From NCBI GenBank assembly GCA_024637145.1, contig JAGXFQ010000020.1, forward strand, positions 17,352 to 81,351: a stretch of DNA of 64,000 nucleotides, in the 5' to 3' direction. The notes under the pieces were generated by a model, which saw nothing but the letters and a program-made list of their open reading frames with translations, had not been told where the DNA came from and did no database searches. Position numbers and translations under genes: made by a program. This DNA comes from Desulfobulbaceae bacterium (lineage in GTDB: Bacteria > Desulfobacterota > Desulfobulbia > Desulfobulbales > SURF-16). Below are positions 1 to 10,914 of the stretch, piece by piece (position 1 is the stretch's first letter; each line of letters begins with the position of its first letter).

Positions 1-180
1 CTTATACCTTTTTCACAGGTCTTGGTCAATTTTTTTGTAAATTAGCTGGCTTTTTGGCCATACTCTTCTTATATTTCTCCCTTGTAAATTTCCCTCTTTG
101 CTGCGGCAACTAAACATTCTCTTTTCATTAATAATATAATTATTTCAACTATTTCAAGGTTACCCAACTTGTCTCTTGAC

Positions 181-1071
181 ATGGTTGCCATTTTTAGCCG
201 AGGTCGTATCCCAACTCTTATGCCCGACAATTCAACACCCGCCCCCCCCTCCCTTATCAGAAACATCCTCCACCTTCTCGGTCTCGCCGGCAGTAGTGAT
301 CCGGCCGGCGATCTGAGCACCGAACTCCAGGAACTCATTGAAGAAGGCGAAGAACACGGCCTGATCAGCAGCATTGAGGGGGAGATGCTCACCTCCATCT
401 TTGAATTCAGAGATACCCGGATCAAAGAGATCATGACCCCCGCCACCGAGATTATCTCGGCCCCCCTCACCTCATCGCCCTGCCATATCATTAAACTCAT
501 CACCAGATATGGTTTTTCCCGCATTCCGATCTATGACGATTCTCCGGACAAGATCGAAGGCTTTATCCATGCCAAGGATCTGCTGCGCTGCCCGGATACG
601 CCGCAGCTCACCGATATCGCCCCCCTGCTGACCCCGATGATCTTTGTCCACGAAAACGACAAGGTCATGGCCCTTCTCCAGGATTTCCAGGCCAACAACA
701 CCCACCTGGCCATTGTCACGGACGAATTCGGCGCCACCCGCGGCCTTGTTACCCTGGAGGATATTCTGGAGGAAATTGTCGGAGAAATCGCTGACGAGTC
801 GGACAAACCGGAAAACCTGTGGCGGGTGATTGACAACCAGACCGTGGTCACCAATGCCAAGATCGATATTGAGGATATTGAAGAATATTTCGACATTGAA
901 TTCCCGGAAGGGTCGTATGAATCCATCGGCGGCTTTATCATTAACCAGCACGGCCGCATCCCGGAACAAGGGGCCACTGTGGATTATCCGCCTCTCACCC
1001 TCACCGTACTCAAGGCGGATAAACGGCGGATCAAGATGGTGAAAATCCATACGGACCTCAAAAAAGAGTAA
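181..1071 (+). CDS. corC: CorC/HlyC-family transporter-associated protein (CBS pair + CorC_HlyC C-terminal domain)
   Basis: ORF 169..1071. It has a tandem CBS region (RIKEIMTPATEII, IEGFIHAKDLL) followed by the LEDILEEIVGEIADE / CorC_HlyC-type C-terminus. It lies directly upstream of lnt, as in the conserved ybeZYX-lnt neighbourhood. The start is uncertain (TTG 169, ATG 181 or ATG 220). Confidence 0.85.
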   Translation: MVAIFSRGRIPTLMPDNSTPAPPSLIRNILHLLGLAGSSDPAGDLSTELQELIEEGEEHGLISSIEGEMLTSIFEFRDTRIKEIMTPATEIISAPLTSSPCHIIKLITRYGFSRIPIYDDSPDKIEGFIHAKDLLRCPDTPQLTDIAPLLTPMIFVHENDKVMALLQDFQANNTHLAIVTDEFGATRGLVTLEDILEEIVGEIADESDKPENLWRVIDNQTVVTNAKIDIEDIEEYFDIEFPEGSYESIGGFIINQHGRIPEQGATVDYPPLTLTVLKADKRRIKMVKIHTDLKKE

Positions 1072-1218
1072 AACCGCCGCCTGCAACAAAACGGATCTCC
1101 CCTGCTCTTATCCGACCCGGCCCTTGCCGTTGTTCTGCGCCAAGGCCAAGAGGCGCCAGCTCCGCCGCCAGGGCCAAAGCCGCCTCCTTGCCGATGGGGC
1201 CACCAATTGGGACACTCT

Positions 1219-2730
1219 ATGTTAACCGCTCTTCTGCCCTTTATTTCCGTACTCCTGCTCTACCTTGCCTCCCCGGGGCCGGGCCTTGCCTTTCTGGCCT
1301 GGTTCGCCCTTGTGCCGCTTCTCCTTTTCTGCCACCGAAGTACGCCGGCTCAAGCAGCGCTGTGGGGCCTGATCAGCGGCACCCTCTACCACCTCCTGCT
1401 CATCTACTGGGTAACCATCTCCATGGAAACCTATGGCGGTCTGCCGCCCCAGCTCGCCTGGCCGGCTCTTTTCCTGCTGGCCCTCTATATGGCCCTCTAT
1501 TTCGCCCTTTTTTGTTTCCTGGTAAGCAAGACCAAAAAGAGGCTTTCTCTGCTCTGGTTTCCCCCTTTGCTCTGGGTGAGCCTCGACTATGGCCGCGGTC
1601 TTCTGCTCACCGGCTTTCCCTGGATGGATATGGGCTACAGCCAATATGGCTTCCCGCTGTTGATTCAGGGGGCCGATCTCACCGGCCATCATGGCATCAC
1701 CTTTATTCTGGTTCTGGCCAATGCCCTTCTTGCCCACTTTTTCCTCACCCGGGAAAGGGGCCACCAGAAAAAGCAGCAGCGGCTGGCCGCGGCTGCCCTT
1801 ATCCTCCTGAGCCTGACTTATTCGGGGATCCGGTTCTATCAGGTCAAAGCAGAGCTGCCCAGCCAGCCGGCACTCAAGGTCGCCGTGGTTCAGGCCAACA
1901 TTGAGCAGACCCTGAAATGGCAGGATGATCTCAAGGAAACAAACCTGGAGCGCTACCTGCAGCTTACCCGCGAGGCCCGTAAGGAGAACGCTGCCGAGCT
2001 GGTGATCTGGCCGGAGACCGCCCTCTCTTTTTACCCCAATATTGATCCCCTCATGGCCCGGGTGAAAAAAGAGACCGTCTTAAGCGCCCCCTACCACCTC
2101 CTTACCGGCGCCCCCTATGTGGTGCGCCGCCAGACAGAGTATGCCTACTACAACAGCGCCCTGCTGCTCACCCCACAGGGCAAGACTGAGATCTATTTCA
2201 AGCAGCACCTGGTGCCCTTTGGCGAGTATATCCCCCTGCGCTCCATCCTGCCCATCCCCAAGCCCCTTGTTGAAAGCATGGGGGATTTTTCCGCCGGCAC
2301 CTCCGGCGCCCCCCTGGACATGGGTGCCGCTCAAATCGGGGTGCTTATCTGCATTGAGGCGATCTACCCGGACCTGGCCCGCCGGGCAACGGCCCAGGGA
2401 GCGACTCTGCTTGCCAACATCACCAACGATGCCTGGTTTGGCAGGTCAAGCGCCCCTGCCCAGCATCTGGCCATGGCCATTTTCCGCACCATTGAAAACA
2501 GAAGGAGCATGGCCCGGGCCGCCAATACCGGCATTTCTGCCCTCATTCTGCCCACCGGCGAAATTGTGGACCACACCGGCCTTTTTGAACCGGGCTATCT
2601 GAGCGCCAGCCTGCCCCTGCTCTCCACTACCACCTTTTTCACCAGGATCGGTTTTGCCTTCCCCCTCCTCTGTGTCACCTACACCCTCTTTTTCCTGGCC
2701 CTGTTTTTTAAAAAAAGGCGGGAAAAGTAA
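1219..2730 (+). CDS. lnt: Apolipoprotein N-acyltransferase
   Basis: Multi-TM N-terminal half followed by a CN-hydrolase domain, with VIWPETA (Glu), FKQHLVPFGEYIP (Lys) and GVLICIEAIYP (Cys) contexts. The ORF opens at TTG 1207; the first ATG is at 1219. Confidence 0.9.
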   Translation: MLTALLPFISVLLLYLASPGPGLAFLAWFALVPLLLFCHRSTPAQAALWGLISGTLYHLLLIYWVTISMETYGGLPPQLAWPALFLLALYMALYFALFCFLVSKTKKRLSLLWFPPLLWVSLDYGRGLLLTGFPWMDMGYSQYGFPLLIQGADLTGHHGITFILVLANALLAHFFLTRERGHQKKQQRLAAAALILLSLTYSGIRFYQVKAELPSQPALKVAVVQANIEQTLKWQDDLKETNLERYLQLTREARKENAAELVIWPETALSFYPNIDPLMARVKKETVLSAPYHLLTGAPYVVRRQTEYAYYNSALLLTPQGKTEIYFKQHLVPFGEYIPLRSILPIPKPLVESMGDFSAGTSGAPLDMGAAQIGVLICIEAIYPDLARRATAQGATLLANITNDAWFGRSSAPAQHLAMAIFRTIENRRSMARAANTGISALILPTGEIVDHTGLFEPGYLSASLPLLSTTTFFTRIGFAFPLLCVTYTLFFLALFFKKRREK

Positions 2731-2859
2731 ATAATTGACGGACCAAGAGCGTTTTGGGTATATGATGCATTCATTATTCTCAGTGCGTGCGCAAAATTAT
2801 TCCTCCCCCTTACCAGCGCCGACACGGCCAAAAGGCTTGACCGGCAGGATCCAAAAGAC

Positions 2860-3964
2860 ATGTCAGCAGAACTTCAACAGAAACTTCAAGAGTACAAAGA
2901 CCTCCTCCTCTCTTTAAAGGTGCATCTTTGACTTAGCCGGCAAACAAAGAAAACTCGCCGAGCTTGAACACCAGACCGCGAATCCGGCTTTTTGGGATGA
3001 TCCGGACAAGGCCCGCCAGACCCAGATTGCTATTGGTCAGCTGCAGTACCCCATTGACAGCTGGCAGGCTTGTTACGATATTGTTGAAGATGGCGAGATT
3101 CTTCTGCAACTGGCCACAGAGGAAGAGGACGCGGACACGGAACAGGAGGCGGCCGAGGTCATCGCGGCCCTGGGCAAGCGGCTGGATGATTTTGAGCTGG
3201 AATGCATGTTCAGCGGTGAGCATGACAACAGCAATGCCATGCTCACCATTCATGCCGGGGCCGGCGGCACCGAGGCCCAGGACTGGACCGATATCCTGCT
3301 GCGCATGTATCTGCGCTGGAGCGAAAAGAAAAAATTTTCCGCCGACATTCTTGACCTCCAGCCCGGCGACGAGGCTGGGGTTAAAAGCGTCACGGTGATG
3401 ATCAGTGGCAAGTATGCTTACGGCTACCTCCGTTCCGAGATGGGCATCCACCGTCTGGTCCGCATCTCCCCCTTTGACGCCAGTGGTAGGCGCCACACCT
3501 CTTTTGCCTCGGTCTTTGTCTTTCCGGAGCTTGACGACGACATTGAAGTGGAGATTAACGACAAAGACATCCGGGTCGACACCTATCGGGCCAGCGGCGC
3601 CGGCGGCCAGCATATCAACAAGACAAGCTCGGCAATCCGCATTACCCACATCCCCACCAATATTGTGGTCCAGTGTCAGAATGAGCGTTCCCAGCATCGC
3701 AATAAGGATACAGCCATGAAGATGCTGAAGACCCGCCTCTATGAAAGGGAGCAGGGGCTGCAGCAGGAACAGCATGATGAAATCAGTGGCGAGAAAAAAG
3801 AGATCGCCTGGGGCAGTCAGATCCGCTCCTATGTCATGCAGCCCTATCGCCTGGTCAAGGACCACCGCACCAACCAGGAAAGCGGTAATGTCGATGCCGT
3901 CCTGGATGGCAACCTCTATCCCTTTATCAAGGCCTACCTCTTATGGCAGGGCAACCAGAAATAA
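2860..3964 (+). CDS. prfB: Peptide chain release factor 2, expressed through a programmed +1 frameshift
   Basis: Frame 0 runs from ATG 2860 to an in-frame TGA at 2929-2931 (MSAELQQKLQEYKDLLLSLKVHL). The +1 frame from 2930 is open and continues DLAGKQRKLAELEHQTANPAFWDDP through SGAGGQHINKTSSAIRITHIPT (GGQ motif) to the stop at 3964. ORF track entry 3206..3964 is the distal part of this same frame. Confidence 0.95.
2926..2932 (+). other. prfB +1 ribosomal frameshift site (CTT TGA C)
   Basis: The canonical RF2 autoregulatory slippery sequence CTT-TGA-C is at 2926..2932, preceded by the purine-rich AAAGGTG at 2916-2922. Frame arithmetic: (2926-2860) is divisible by 3, and 2930 is in frame with 3206. 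Confidence 0.85.
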
Positions 3965-5136
3965 AAGCATCGTCCTGTGCAAAATGCGGGGCCTGCACCC
4001 CTGTCTGCCCCGTTTTCCAGAGCACCGGCCGGGAATCGCACACCGCCCGCGGCAAACTTCATCTTTTTAAAGCAGGCGCTTCTTTTGACTCCGCCTATTT
4101 TAATGACCTGTTGGCCAAGTGTCTGCAATGCGGGGCCTGCGATGCGGCCTGCCCCCGCAACCTGAGGCCCAGCGAGGATATCCTTGCCTGGCGGGCCAGG
4201 CAGCCCTTTGGCCGTGACCCGCACGGCTTTGCTAAATTCCTGACCAAAAAAGTGCTGGCCACGCCCCTGCTCCAGGAAGGGGGCTCCAAGGCCCTGACCA
4301 CCCTCTTGGCCACGCTGCCCAAGGCGAGCGGCCTGCGAAAACGTCTTGATCTGCTGGCCCCGGCCCTGGCCGCCCCTCCTTCCCTGCCCGCTCTCCCCCA
4401 AAAAGGCAGCCCCCGGATTCTGGCCTATTTCCCCGGCTGTCTGGCCCAGCATCTTTATAAAGACATAACAAAGGCCACCACAATTCTGGCCGGCCACTGC
4501 GGCTTTGAACTCCACACTCCCGCTGCCCTCACCTGCTGCGGCCTGGCCTCCCATGTTTCCGGCTCTGAGCAAGAAGCAAAGGCCGCAGCCCGCAGAAACA
4601 TCAAGGCCTTTGCGGAGGGCGCTGCCGGCCCCATCCTCACCTCCTGCGCCTCCTGCACCAGTCATCTTAAGAGCTACCCGACACTCTTTACCGATGACCC
4701 GGAGATGCACGACAAGGCCGTGGCCTTTGCCAGTCGTATCCAGGAATTTTCCACCTTTTTCCTGGACCGGGAAGGGCTCTCCACCAGCAGCCCCGCTGAA
4801 ACCCTTTATTACCATGACCCCTGCCATCTCCGCTTTGGCCCCTGCCAGGTCACCAAAGAGCCGCGCCAGCTGCTTACCCAACTAAACGGCGCGCCGCCGC
4901 TCTCCCTGCCGGCCCAATGCTGCGGCCAGGGCGGCCTCTTTCACCTGACCAACCCTGATATTTCCCGGAACATTTTCAGCAGGGCCTTAGCCCCCCTGGC
5001 GGAACTTTCCCAGGGATTGGTGGTCACCACCTGTAGCGGCTGCCTCCTGCAATGGCAACAGGGCCTGGCCCGGGCCAAGAGTCCCTTAAGAGCAGAGCAT
5101 CTTGCCGTTTTCCTTGCCAAAATAATCAGAGATTGA
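3943..5136 (+). CDS. Fe-S oxidoreductase, GlcF/GlpC/HdrD-like (2x ferredoxin motif + 2x CCG domain)
   Basis: Two ferredoxin-type motifs (CAKCGACTPVCP and CLQCGACDAACP) are followed by two cysteine-rich CCG-type domains (LTCCGLASH, HDPCHL, AQCCGQGG). The start overlaps the prfB 3' end by 22 nt. Confidence 0.8.
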   Translation: MAGQPEIKASSCAKCGACTPVCPVFQSTGRESHTARGKLHLFKAGASFDSAYFNDLLAKCLQCGACDAACPRNLRPSEDILAWRARQPFGRDPHGFAKFLTKKVLATPLLQEGGSKALTTLLATLPKASGLRKRLDLLAPALAAPPSLPALPQKGSPRILAYFPGCLAQHLYKDITKATTILAGHCGFELHTPAALTCCGLASHVSGSEQEAKAAARRNIKAFAEGAAGPILTSCASCTSHLKSYPTLFTDDPEMHDKAVAFASRIQEFSTFFLDREGLSTSSPAETLYYHDPCHLRFGPCQVTKEPRQLLTQLNGAPPLSLPAQCCGQGGLFHLTNPDISRNIFSRALAPLAELSQGLVVTTCSGCLLQWQQGLARAKSPLRAEHLAVFLAKIIRD

Positions 5137-5174
5137 TATTTTGTATTTTCGTTTTTAAAAATTAAGGAGAGTCT

Positions 5175-6025
5175 ATGAAGAAACTACAGCGGTATGTTCT
5201 TGTCATCCTTGCTGCCCTCTGTTTTCCTGTGCCGGCCTTAGCGGCCATTGATTGGTCCGTTGACCAGACCATTGAGACCAAAACGGCCATCCGGGACATG
5301 GCAATATCCTTTGACGGCACCAGCCTCTTTGTCCTCACCCAGGCGGGCGAACTGGTCATGTACGATGCCGCCGGCACGTCCCAGGGCACCCTGAAAGTTG
5401 CCGGCGGCATGGACAGCGTCTATCTCAGCGGCTTTCAAAAGGCGGGGGTGCCTGAGCAACTCTTTGTCAGCAACTCGGCCACCGGCCAGATCCAGAAACT
5501 CTCCTTCAGCCTGGTGGCCCAGATCGACACCACCGGTAGCCCCTTCCTGGGCAACCCTGATGCCCCTGTGGCCGTGGTGGTGTTCAGCGATTTCCAATGA
5601 CCCCACTGCGCCCAAGCCGGGGCGTTACTCGAGCAGGTGCTCGAGCAGAATCCAGACACCGTTAAGATCATCTTCAAACATTTTCCCTTGAATTTTCATG
5701 CCCAGGCCCAGGAAGCGGCCCTGGCCTCTCTTGCCGCCCACAACCAGGGGAAATTCTGGCAGTATCACGACCTGCTCTTTGCAAACCATAAAACACTGGC
5801 CCCTGAGAGTTATGAGGCCTTTGCCGCCACCCTGGGCCTTGAGATGACGGCCTTCAACCGGGACCGCCGGAGCCCCCAGGCCCGCCAGCAGCTGATGGCG
5901 GATATCAAAAGCGGCAAAGAGGCCCATGTCACCGGCACCCCGGCCATCTTTGTCAATGGTCACCGCGTCCAGAACCGCAATATAGCGGACATCCAGGCGA
6001 TGATTGCTGCCGAAATCAAAAAAGA

Positions 6026-6029
<4 letters not shown>
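5175..6029 (+). CDS. Secreted DsbA/thioredoxin-fold thiol:disulfide oxidoreductase with in-frame UGA (selenocysteine) in a U-x-x-C redox motif
   Basis: ORFs 5175..5600 and 5637..6029 share one frame and are separated only by TGA 5598-5600. Read-through gives GNPDAPVAVVVFSDFQ-U-PHCAQAGALLEQVLEQNPDTVKIIFKHFPL...QGKFWQYHDLLF, a continuous DsbA-family (Thioredoxin_4-like) sequence with the TGA at the first Cys of CxxC. Signal peptide MKKLQRYVLVILAALCFPVPALA; SD AAGGAG upstream of ATG 5175. Confidence 0.75.
5608..5645 (+). promoter_or_regulatory. Candidate bacterial SECIS hairpin(s) downstream of UGA 5598
   Basis: Two adjacent hairpins are visible. The first is GCGCCC-aagccg-GGGCGU (5608-5625). 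The second is the perfect palindrome CTCGAGC-AGGT-GCTCGAG (5628-5645), whose apical loop contains GGU. They begin 8 and 28 nt after the UGA. Confidence 0.45.
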
Positions 6030-7024
<995 letters not shown>

Positions 7025-7033
7025 CCATTCATT

Positions 7034-8200
7034 ATGCCTGTCCTGCTGAACAATAAATACAGTGGCCCCTGCCAGGTCTGCCCTGCCCTCCTCATCCAGA
7101 AAGGCGAAGCACTTCTTTGCCTGGCCGGCCTGAAGGAGCACGAGCTCTCCCTGCTTCTTGTTGACGATCCGGCCATGCAGGAGCTCAACCGGCAGTGGCG
7201 CCACAAGGATAAGGCCACCAATGTCCTCTCCTTTCCCCAGGGCAGTGATGATTATTTTGAGCAGCACCCCATGCTGGGCGACATCGTCATTTCCATTACC
7301 ACTGCCGCTCATGAGGCCCGGGAGCAAGGGATATCCCTGCACCGGCAGCTGACCACCCTGCTGGTTCATGGTTTTGTCCACCTCCTGGGTTATGACCATG
7401 AACGTTCGGACCACGATGCCGAGGAGATGTTTGGCCTCGAACATCACTATTTACAAGCACTCGCAACAAGGAGAAAGAAGATGGTCAAACTCGCCATTAA
7501 TGTCGATCACGTGGCCACTCTGCGTCAGGCCCGCGGCATCAAAGAACCAGACCCGGTGACGGCCGCGGCCATTGCCGAGCTGGCCGGCGCCGTAGGCATC
7601 GTTGTTCATCTCCGGGAAGACCGGCGTCATATACAGGACCGCGACGTGGAGATTCTGCGCCAGACCGTGCAGACCAAGCTCAACCTGGAAATGGCAGCAG
7701 CCGAAGAGATTATCAAGATTGCCCTGGAGCTCAAACCGGACATGGTTACCCTGGTCCCGGAAAAACGGGCGGAGCTGACCACCGAGGGCGGCCTGGACGT
7801 GGTTGGCCAAAAGAGCAACCTCAAGAAGGTCATTGCCAGGCTAACCAAGAAAAAGATCCCGGTCAGCCTCTTTATTGATCCTGATTCCGCCCAGATTCAG
7901 GCCGCCAAAGAGGTGGGCGCCACCTTTGTGGAGATCCACACCGGCCGCTATGCCGATGCCACCAGCGACAGGGAGGAGGATCAGGAATTTGACCTCATTG
8001 CCGCGGCAGCAGAAGAGGCCTATGAGGCGGGCCTGCGGGTGAATGCCGGCCACGGCCTCAACTATGTGAATGCCGGCCGGGTGGCGGCCCTGCCCACCAT
8101 TGAGGAGCTTTCCATCGGTCATGCCATCATGGCCCGGGCGATCTTCGTGGGCCTTGATCAGGCAGTGCGCGAGATGATGGAGGTCTGCCGCTTCGCCTGA
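7034..8200 (+). CDS. Single ORF fusing endoribonuclease YbeY (N-terminal 149 codons) to pyridoxine 5'-phosphate synthase PdxJ (C-terminal 240 codons)
   Basis: The YbeY zinc motif [11 protein letters not shown] is in residues 1-149. A full-length PdxJ begins at [19 protein letters not shown] (ATG 7481, in frame) and includes HLREDRRHI and NAGHGLNY. There is no stop codon between the two parts. An SD AAGGAG at 7468-7473 would also allow independent pdxJ initiation at 7481. Confidence 0.85.
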   Translation: MPVLLNNKYSGPCQVCPALLIQKGEALLCLAGLKEHELSLLLVDDPAMQELNRQWRHKDKATNVLSFPQGSDDYFEQHPMLGDIVISITTAAHEAREQGISLHRQLTTLLVHGFVHLLGYDHERSDHDAEEMFGLEHHYLQALATRRKKMVKLAINVDHVATLRQARGIKEPDPVTAAAIAELAGAVGIVVHLREDRRHIQDRDVEILRQTVQTKLNLEMAAAEEIIKIALELKPDMVTLVPEKRAELTTEGGLDVVGQKSNLKKVIARLTKKKIPVSLFIDPDSAQIQAAKEVGATFVEIHTGRYADATSDREEDQEFDLIAAAAEEAYEAGLRVNAGHGLNYVNAGRVAALPTIEELSIGHAIMARAIFVGLDQAVREMMEVCRFA

Positions 8201-8213
8201 GCCCCTTTAAAGA

Positions 8214-8261
8214 ACAAAAAAAAATCCAGCTCACCTTGATGGTGATCTGGATTTTTTTTTT
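8214..8261. terminator. Bidirectional rho-independent terminator between pdxJ and the FapA-like gene
   Basis: An A-run (8216-8224), a hairpin ATCCAGCTCACC-ttga-tGGTGAtCTGGAT (one mismatch) and a T-run (8252-8261) sit between convergent genes. Confidence 0.6.
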
Positions 8262-8287
8262 GGGAGGGAATCAAAAACAATCAGGAT

Positions 8288-9739
8288 CTACGAACCAAGA
8301 CCGATCGCCTCCCGTTCTGAGGGGGTCATGGCCCGCACATGAATGGCCTGCTTCTCCCGAACAAAGGCGATAATCACCCCCTCTTCCGGGCTGGTCAACA
8401 CCCGGCATATCTTGCCGATGGTGATCTGGACGCCGGCATAAACCTTGCCATAGACATAGACACTTTGGGTGGCCGCCTTTTCAATTTCCGCATCCAGCTT
8501 TTCTTCCAGCTCAGCCAGGTGATTATTGGCCGCCATGACCTTGGGCATCAGACCGTTGAGCTTTTTGAGTTTCAACTCGTTTTGGGGCGAAAAATCTTTG
8601 CCCTCTTTCTTTTTCATGGCGGACAGCGCACTGATATCCTTCAGCATCTCGGTAAGGCGCGGAGGCCAAATCCCCTTGGCCTCCTCAATTTTTTTCTTCT
8701 TCTGCTCAAGGCCGGGATTAAGCCCCACCACAATTTCGGTGAGAACCTCTGCATCAGAGCCCAGCTCCAAGGCATAGAGGGAACCGCCCAAGACATATCT
8801 GCCACCAATGAGGGCACCCTTGCCGCTTAAGGCCTTGAGGTCCTTTTCCACTTTCATATTGCCCTGCACCACAAAATCGGCGATGGATATGGTGCCCCGG
8901 CTCTCGATGGGGCCGGTGTTTTCGCAGAAATCCACATCCATATCGCCCCAGACCCGCACCGAGCACTCATCGCCAATGAGGCCGCCACGGATCTTCAGGT
9001 CAGTACCGGCGATGATTTCGGCGTTATTCACCCCTTCGCTGATGTCGATACTGCCCATGCATTTGACCCGAAAGCCGGGGAGTACGTGGCCCTTGATGAC
9101 CAGGTGCTTGCCGCTGAAGGTGATATTGCCGATACTCAGATCAACGTCGGAGTGGACAACATGCTCCTCATAGACAGCCGGCTTGCCCCCCTCCATCACA
9201 AACTTACCCTTGACCGTGGATGTGACCCGCAGGCCGTCCTCGCTCAGAGAAACACCGGGCCCGCATTTCATATGAACATCCTTGCCATCTCGGGCGGCAA
9301 TCTCCGCCCCCAGGACATTACGACCCGGAACCCCCGGGGTGGCTGGAATCTTTTCCAGAAGAAGCTGCCCTTCAGGGACATTAACGATATTGCCCAGCTC
9401 ACGAAACTCCCTCCGGACATTGCGGGCCTGCTCCTCATCTTTGGCCTGGACAACCGCAGGCCTGACCAGGGGCCGCACCTTGGCATTTTCACCATAGCGG
9501 GCCGGGGTACCGGCGGCGATCACCGCCTTGCCATCCTTCAGGGTGGGCATCCCCTCATGGAAGCCATGACAGACTCCGGCCGCCAGGGCGATGGCCTTCA
9601 CCTCCGGCCAGTCAGCAGGTTCCAGATCTGTCGCCTCCTGGAGCGCCAGGAGGAGATGGAGCTTATCCTTGGAGAGCTGCAAAAAATATTTGTTGTCACA
9701 GATTTTCTGGGGGTATGCCCCCAAGGTGATTTCAGCCAT
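8288..9739 (-). CDS. FapA-family (DUF342) protein
   Basis: 483 aa with the characteristic DUF342 beta-helical repeat region (GNITFSGKHLVIKGHVLPGFRVKCMGSIDISEGVNNAEIIAGTDLKIRGGLIG) and a C-terminal coiled-coil segment followed by VYVYGKVYAGVQITIG. Confidence 0.8.
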   Translation of the reverse strand: MAEITLGAYPQKICDNKYFLQLSKDKLHLLLALQEATDLEPADWPEVKAIALAAGVCHGFHEGMPTLKDGKAVIAAGTPARYGENAKVRPLVRPAVVQAKDEEQARNVRREFRELGNIVNVPEGQLLLEKIPATPGVPGRNVLGAEIAARDGKDVHMKCGPGVSLSEDGLRVTSTVKGKFVMEGGKPAVYEEHVVHSDVDLSIGNITFSGKHLVIKGHVLPGFRVKCMGSIDISEGVNNAEIIAGTDLKIRGGLIGDECSVRVWGDMDVDFCENTGPIESRGTISIADFVVQGNMKVEKDLKALSGKGALIGGRYVLGGSLYALELGSDAEVLTEIVVGLNPGLEQKKKKIEEAKGIWPPRLTEMLKDISALSAMKKKEGKDFSPQNELKLKKLNGLMPKVMAANNHLAELEEKLDAEIEKAATQSVYVYGKVYAGVQITIGKICRVLTSPEEGVIIAFVREKQAIHVRAMTPSEREAIGLGS

Positions 9740-9915
9740 TACACCAACCTAGATTCAATAAACTTTTTATAGATATTTCCCCGGCCGCCAAGATGGGTGC
9801 TGCCGCTTATCCCTCCTTGTCGGCAGCCGTGCCGATTTATTGATACTTTTTACCATCAATCCCTCCCCAGACCCGTGGCCCTCAGCCTCAGGGCTCGCTG
9901 CAGGCACCAGAAACG

Positions 9916-10914
9916 TCAGCCCGGCAGCATGCTCTTCTCCAGGGCCTTGATCTGCTCCACCTCGCCAAGGACAACAAGGGTGTCGCCCACTTCGATCAGG
10001 GTGGTGGGGGTGGGATTAAAAACTGAATCGCCGGCGCGGCGCTTGATCACAACCACAATGATGTTAAATTTTTTGCGGATCTCCGACTCCATGAGGCTTT
10101 TATCCACCAGGGCGGTGGCACTGGCGGTGACCACAATCTCTTCCAGACGCAGCCCAAGATTCGTGCCGCTGACGGCCAGGTCGATAAAGTCGGTGACCGT
10201 GGGCCGCAAAATGAGATTGGCCATGTGATAGGCCCCGATATAATAGGGGGAGATCACCTGATCGGCACCCGCCCTTTTGAGTTTCTCCTCGACCCGCTTA
10301 TCACCGCTGGAACGGGCCACGATATAGAGCCGCGGATTGAGGGAGCGGGCCGACAGAGAAATATAGACATTCTCGGCATCTGAAGAAACCACCCCCACCA
10401 GACCTTTGGCCCGGGCCACCCCGGCCTGAATGAGCATCTGGTCATCAGAGGCATCCCCCTTCAAGGCCATATACCCCAAGGCATTGATCTGCTCTATCTC
10501 ATCATCTTTTTTTTCAATGATCACAAACTGCTTACCGTTCTCCTGCAGGAGCCGGCAGATAACCTGACCAATGCGACCAAAGCCGCAGACCACGTAATGA
10601 TCTTTCATTTTTTCGAGTTTCTTTGACATATTCCTTTTTCCCAGAGCAGTCCTGATCCCTCCCGCCACGACACTTTCGGTGATCTCCCGAAACACGACCA
10701 TCACATAGCCGACACCAATCAGGATGAGAATCATGGTGAAATAACGACCAGCAGGAGTGAGATGGACCGTTTCGCCATACCCAACCGTGCTGACGGTAAT
10801 CATGGTCATATAAAGACCGTCATCAAAGGAGGCATCCTCAATGAGCATGTAGCCCACCGAGCCAAAGGTCAGGATGGCACACAGAACCAAAATAGAGATG
10901 ATCGTTTTTTTCAT
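9916..10914 (-). CDS. Two-TM K+ channel with RCK (TrkA-N/TrkA-C) gating domains
   Basis: Selectivity filter TVGYGE lies between two TM helices. It is followed by a Rossmann-type VVCGFGRIGQ (TrkA-N) and a C-terminal TrkA-C-like region. Confidence 0.9.
   Translation of the reverse strand: MKKTIISILVLCAILTFGSVGYMLIEDASFDDGLYMTMITVSTVGYGETVHLTPAGRYFTMILILIGVGYVMVVFREITESVVAGGIRTALGKRNMSKKLEKMKDHYVVCGFGRIGQVICRLLQENGKQFVIIEKKDDEIEQINALGYMALKGDASDDQMLIQAGVARAKGLVGVVSSDAENVYISLSARSLNPRLYIVARSSGDKRVEEKLKRAGADQVISPYYIGAYHMANLILRPTVTDFIDLAVSGTNLGLRLEEIVVTASATALVDKSLMESEIRKKFNIIVVVIKRRAGDSVFNPTPTTLIEVGDTLVVLGEVEQIKALEKSMLPG

Noticed and set aside
1-168. AT-rich window start with a possible minus-strand gene start (ATG at 58-60, MAKKPANLQKK...). 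Also a partial minus-strand CDS 3' end at 63923-64000 (...KQAGLQAKKLAQRLKEGEVG).
   Set aside because: Both are truncated by the window edges, at about 20 and 26 codons. That is too short to identify or support as features.
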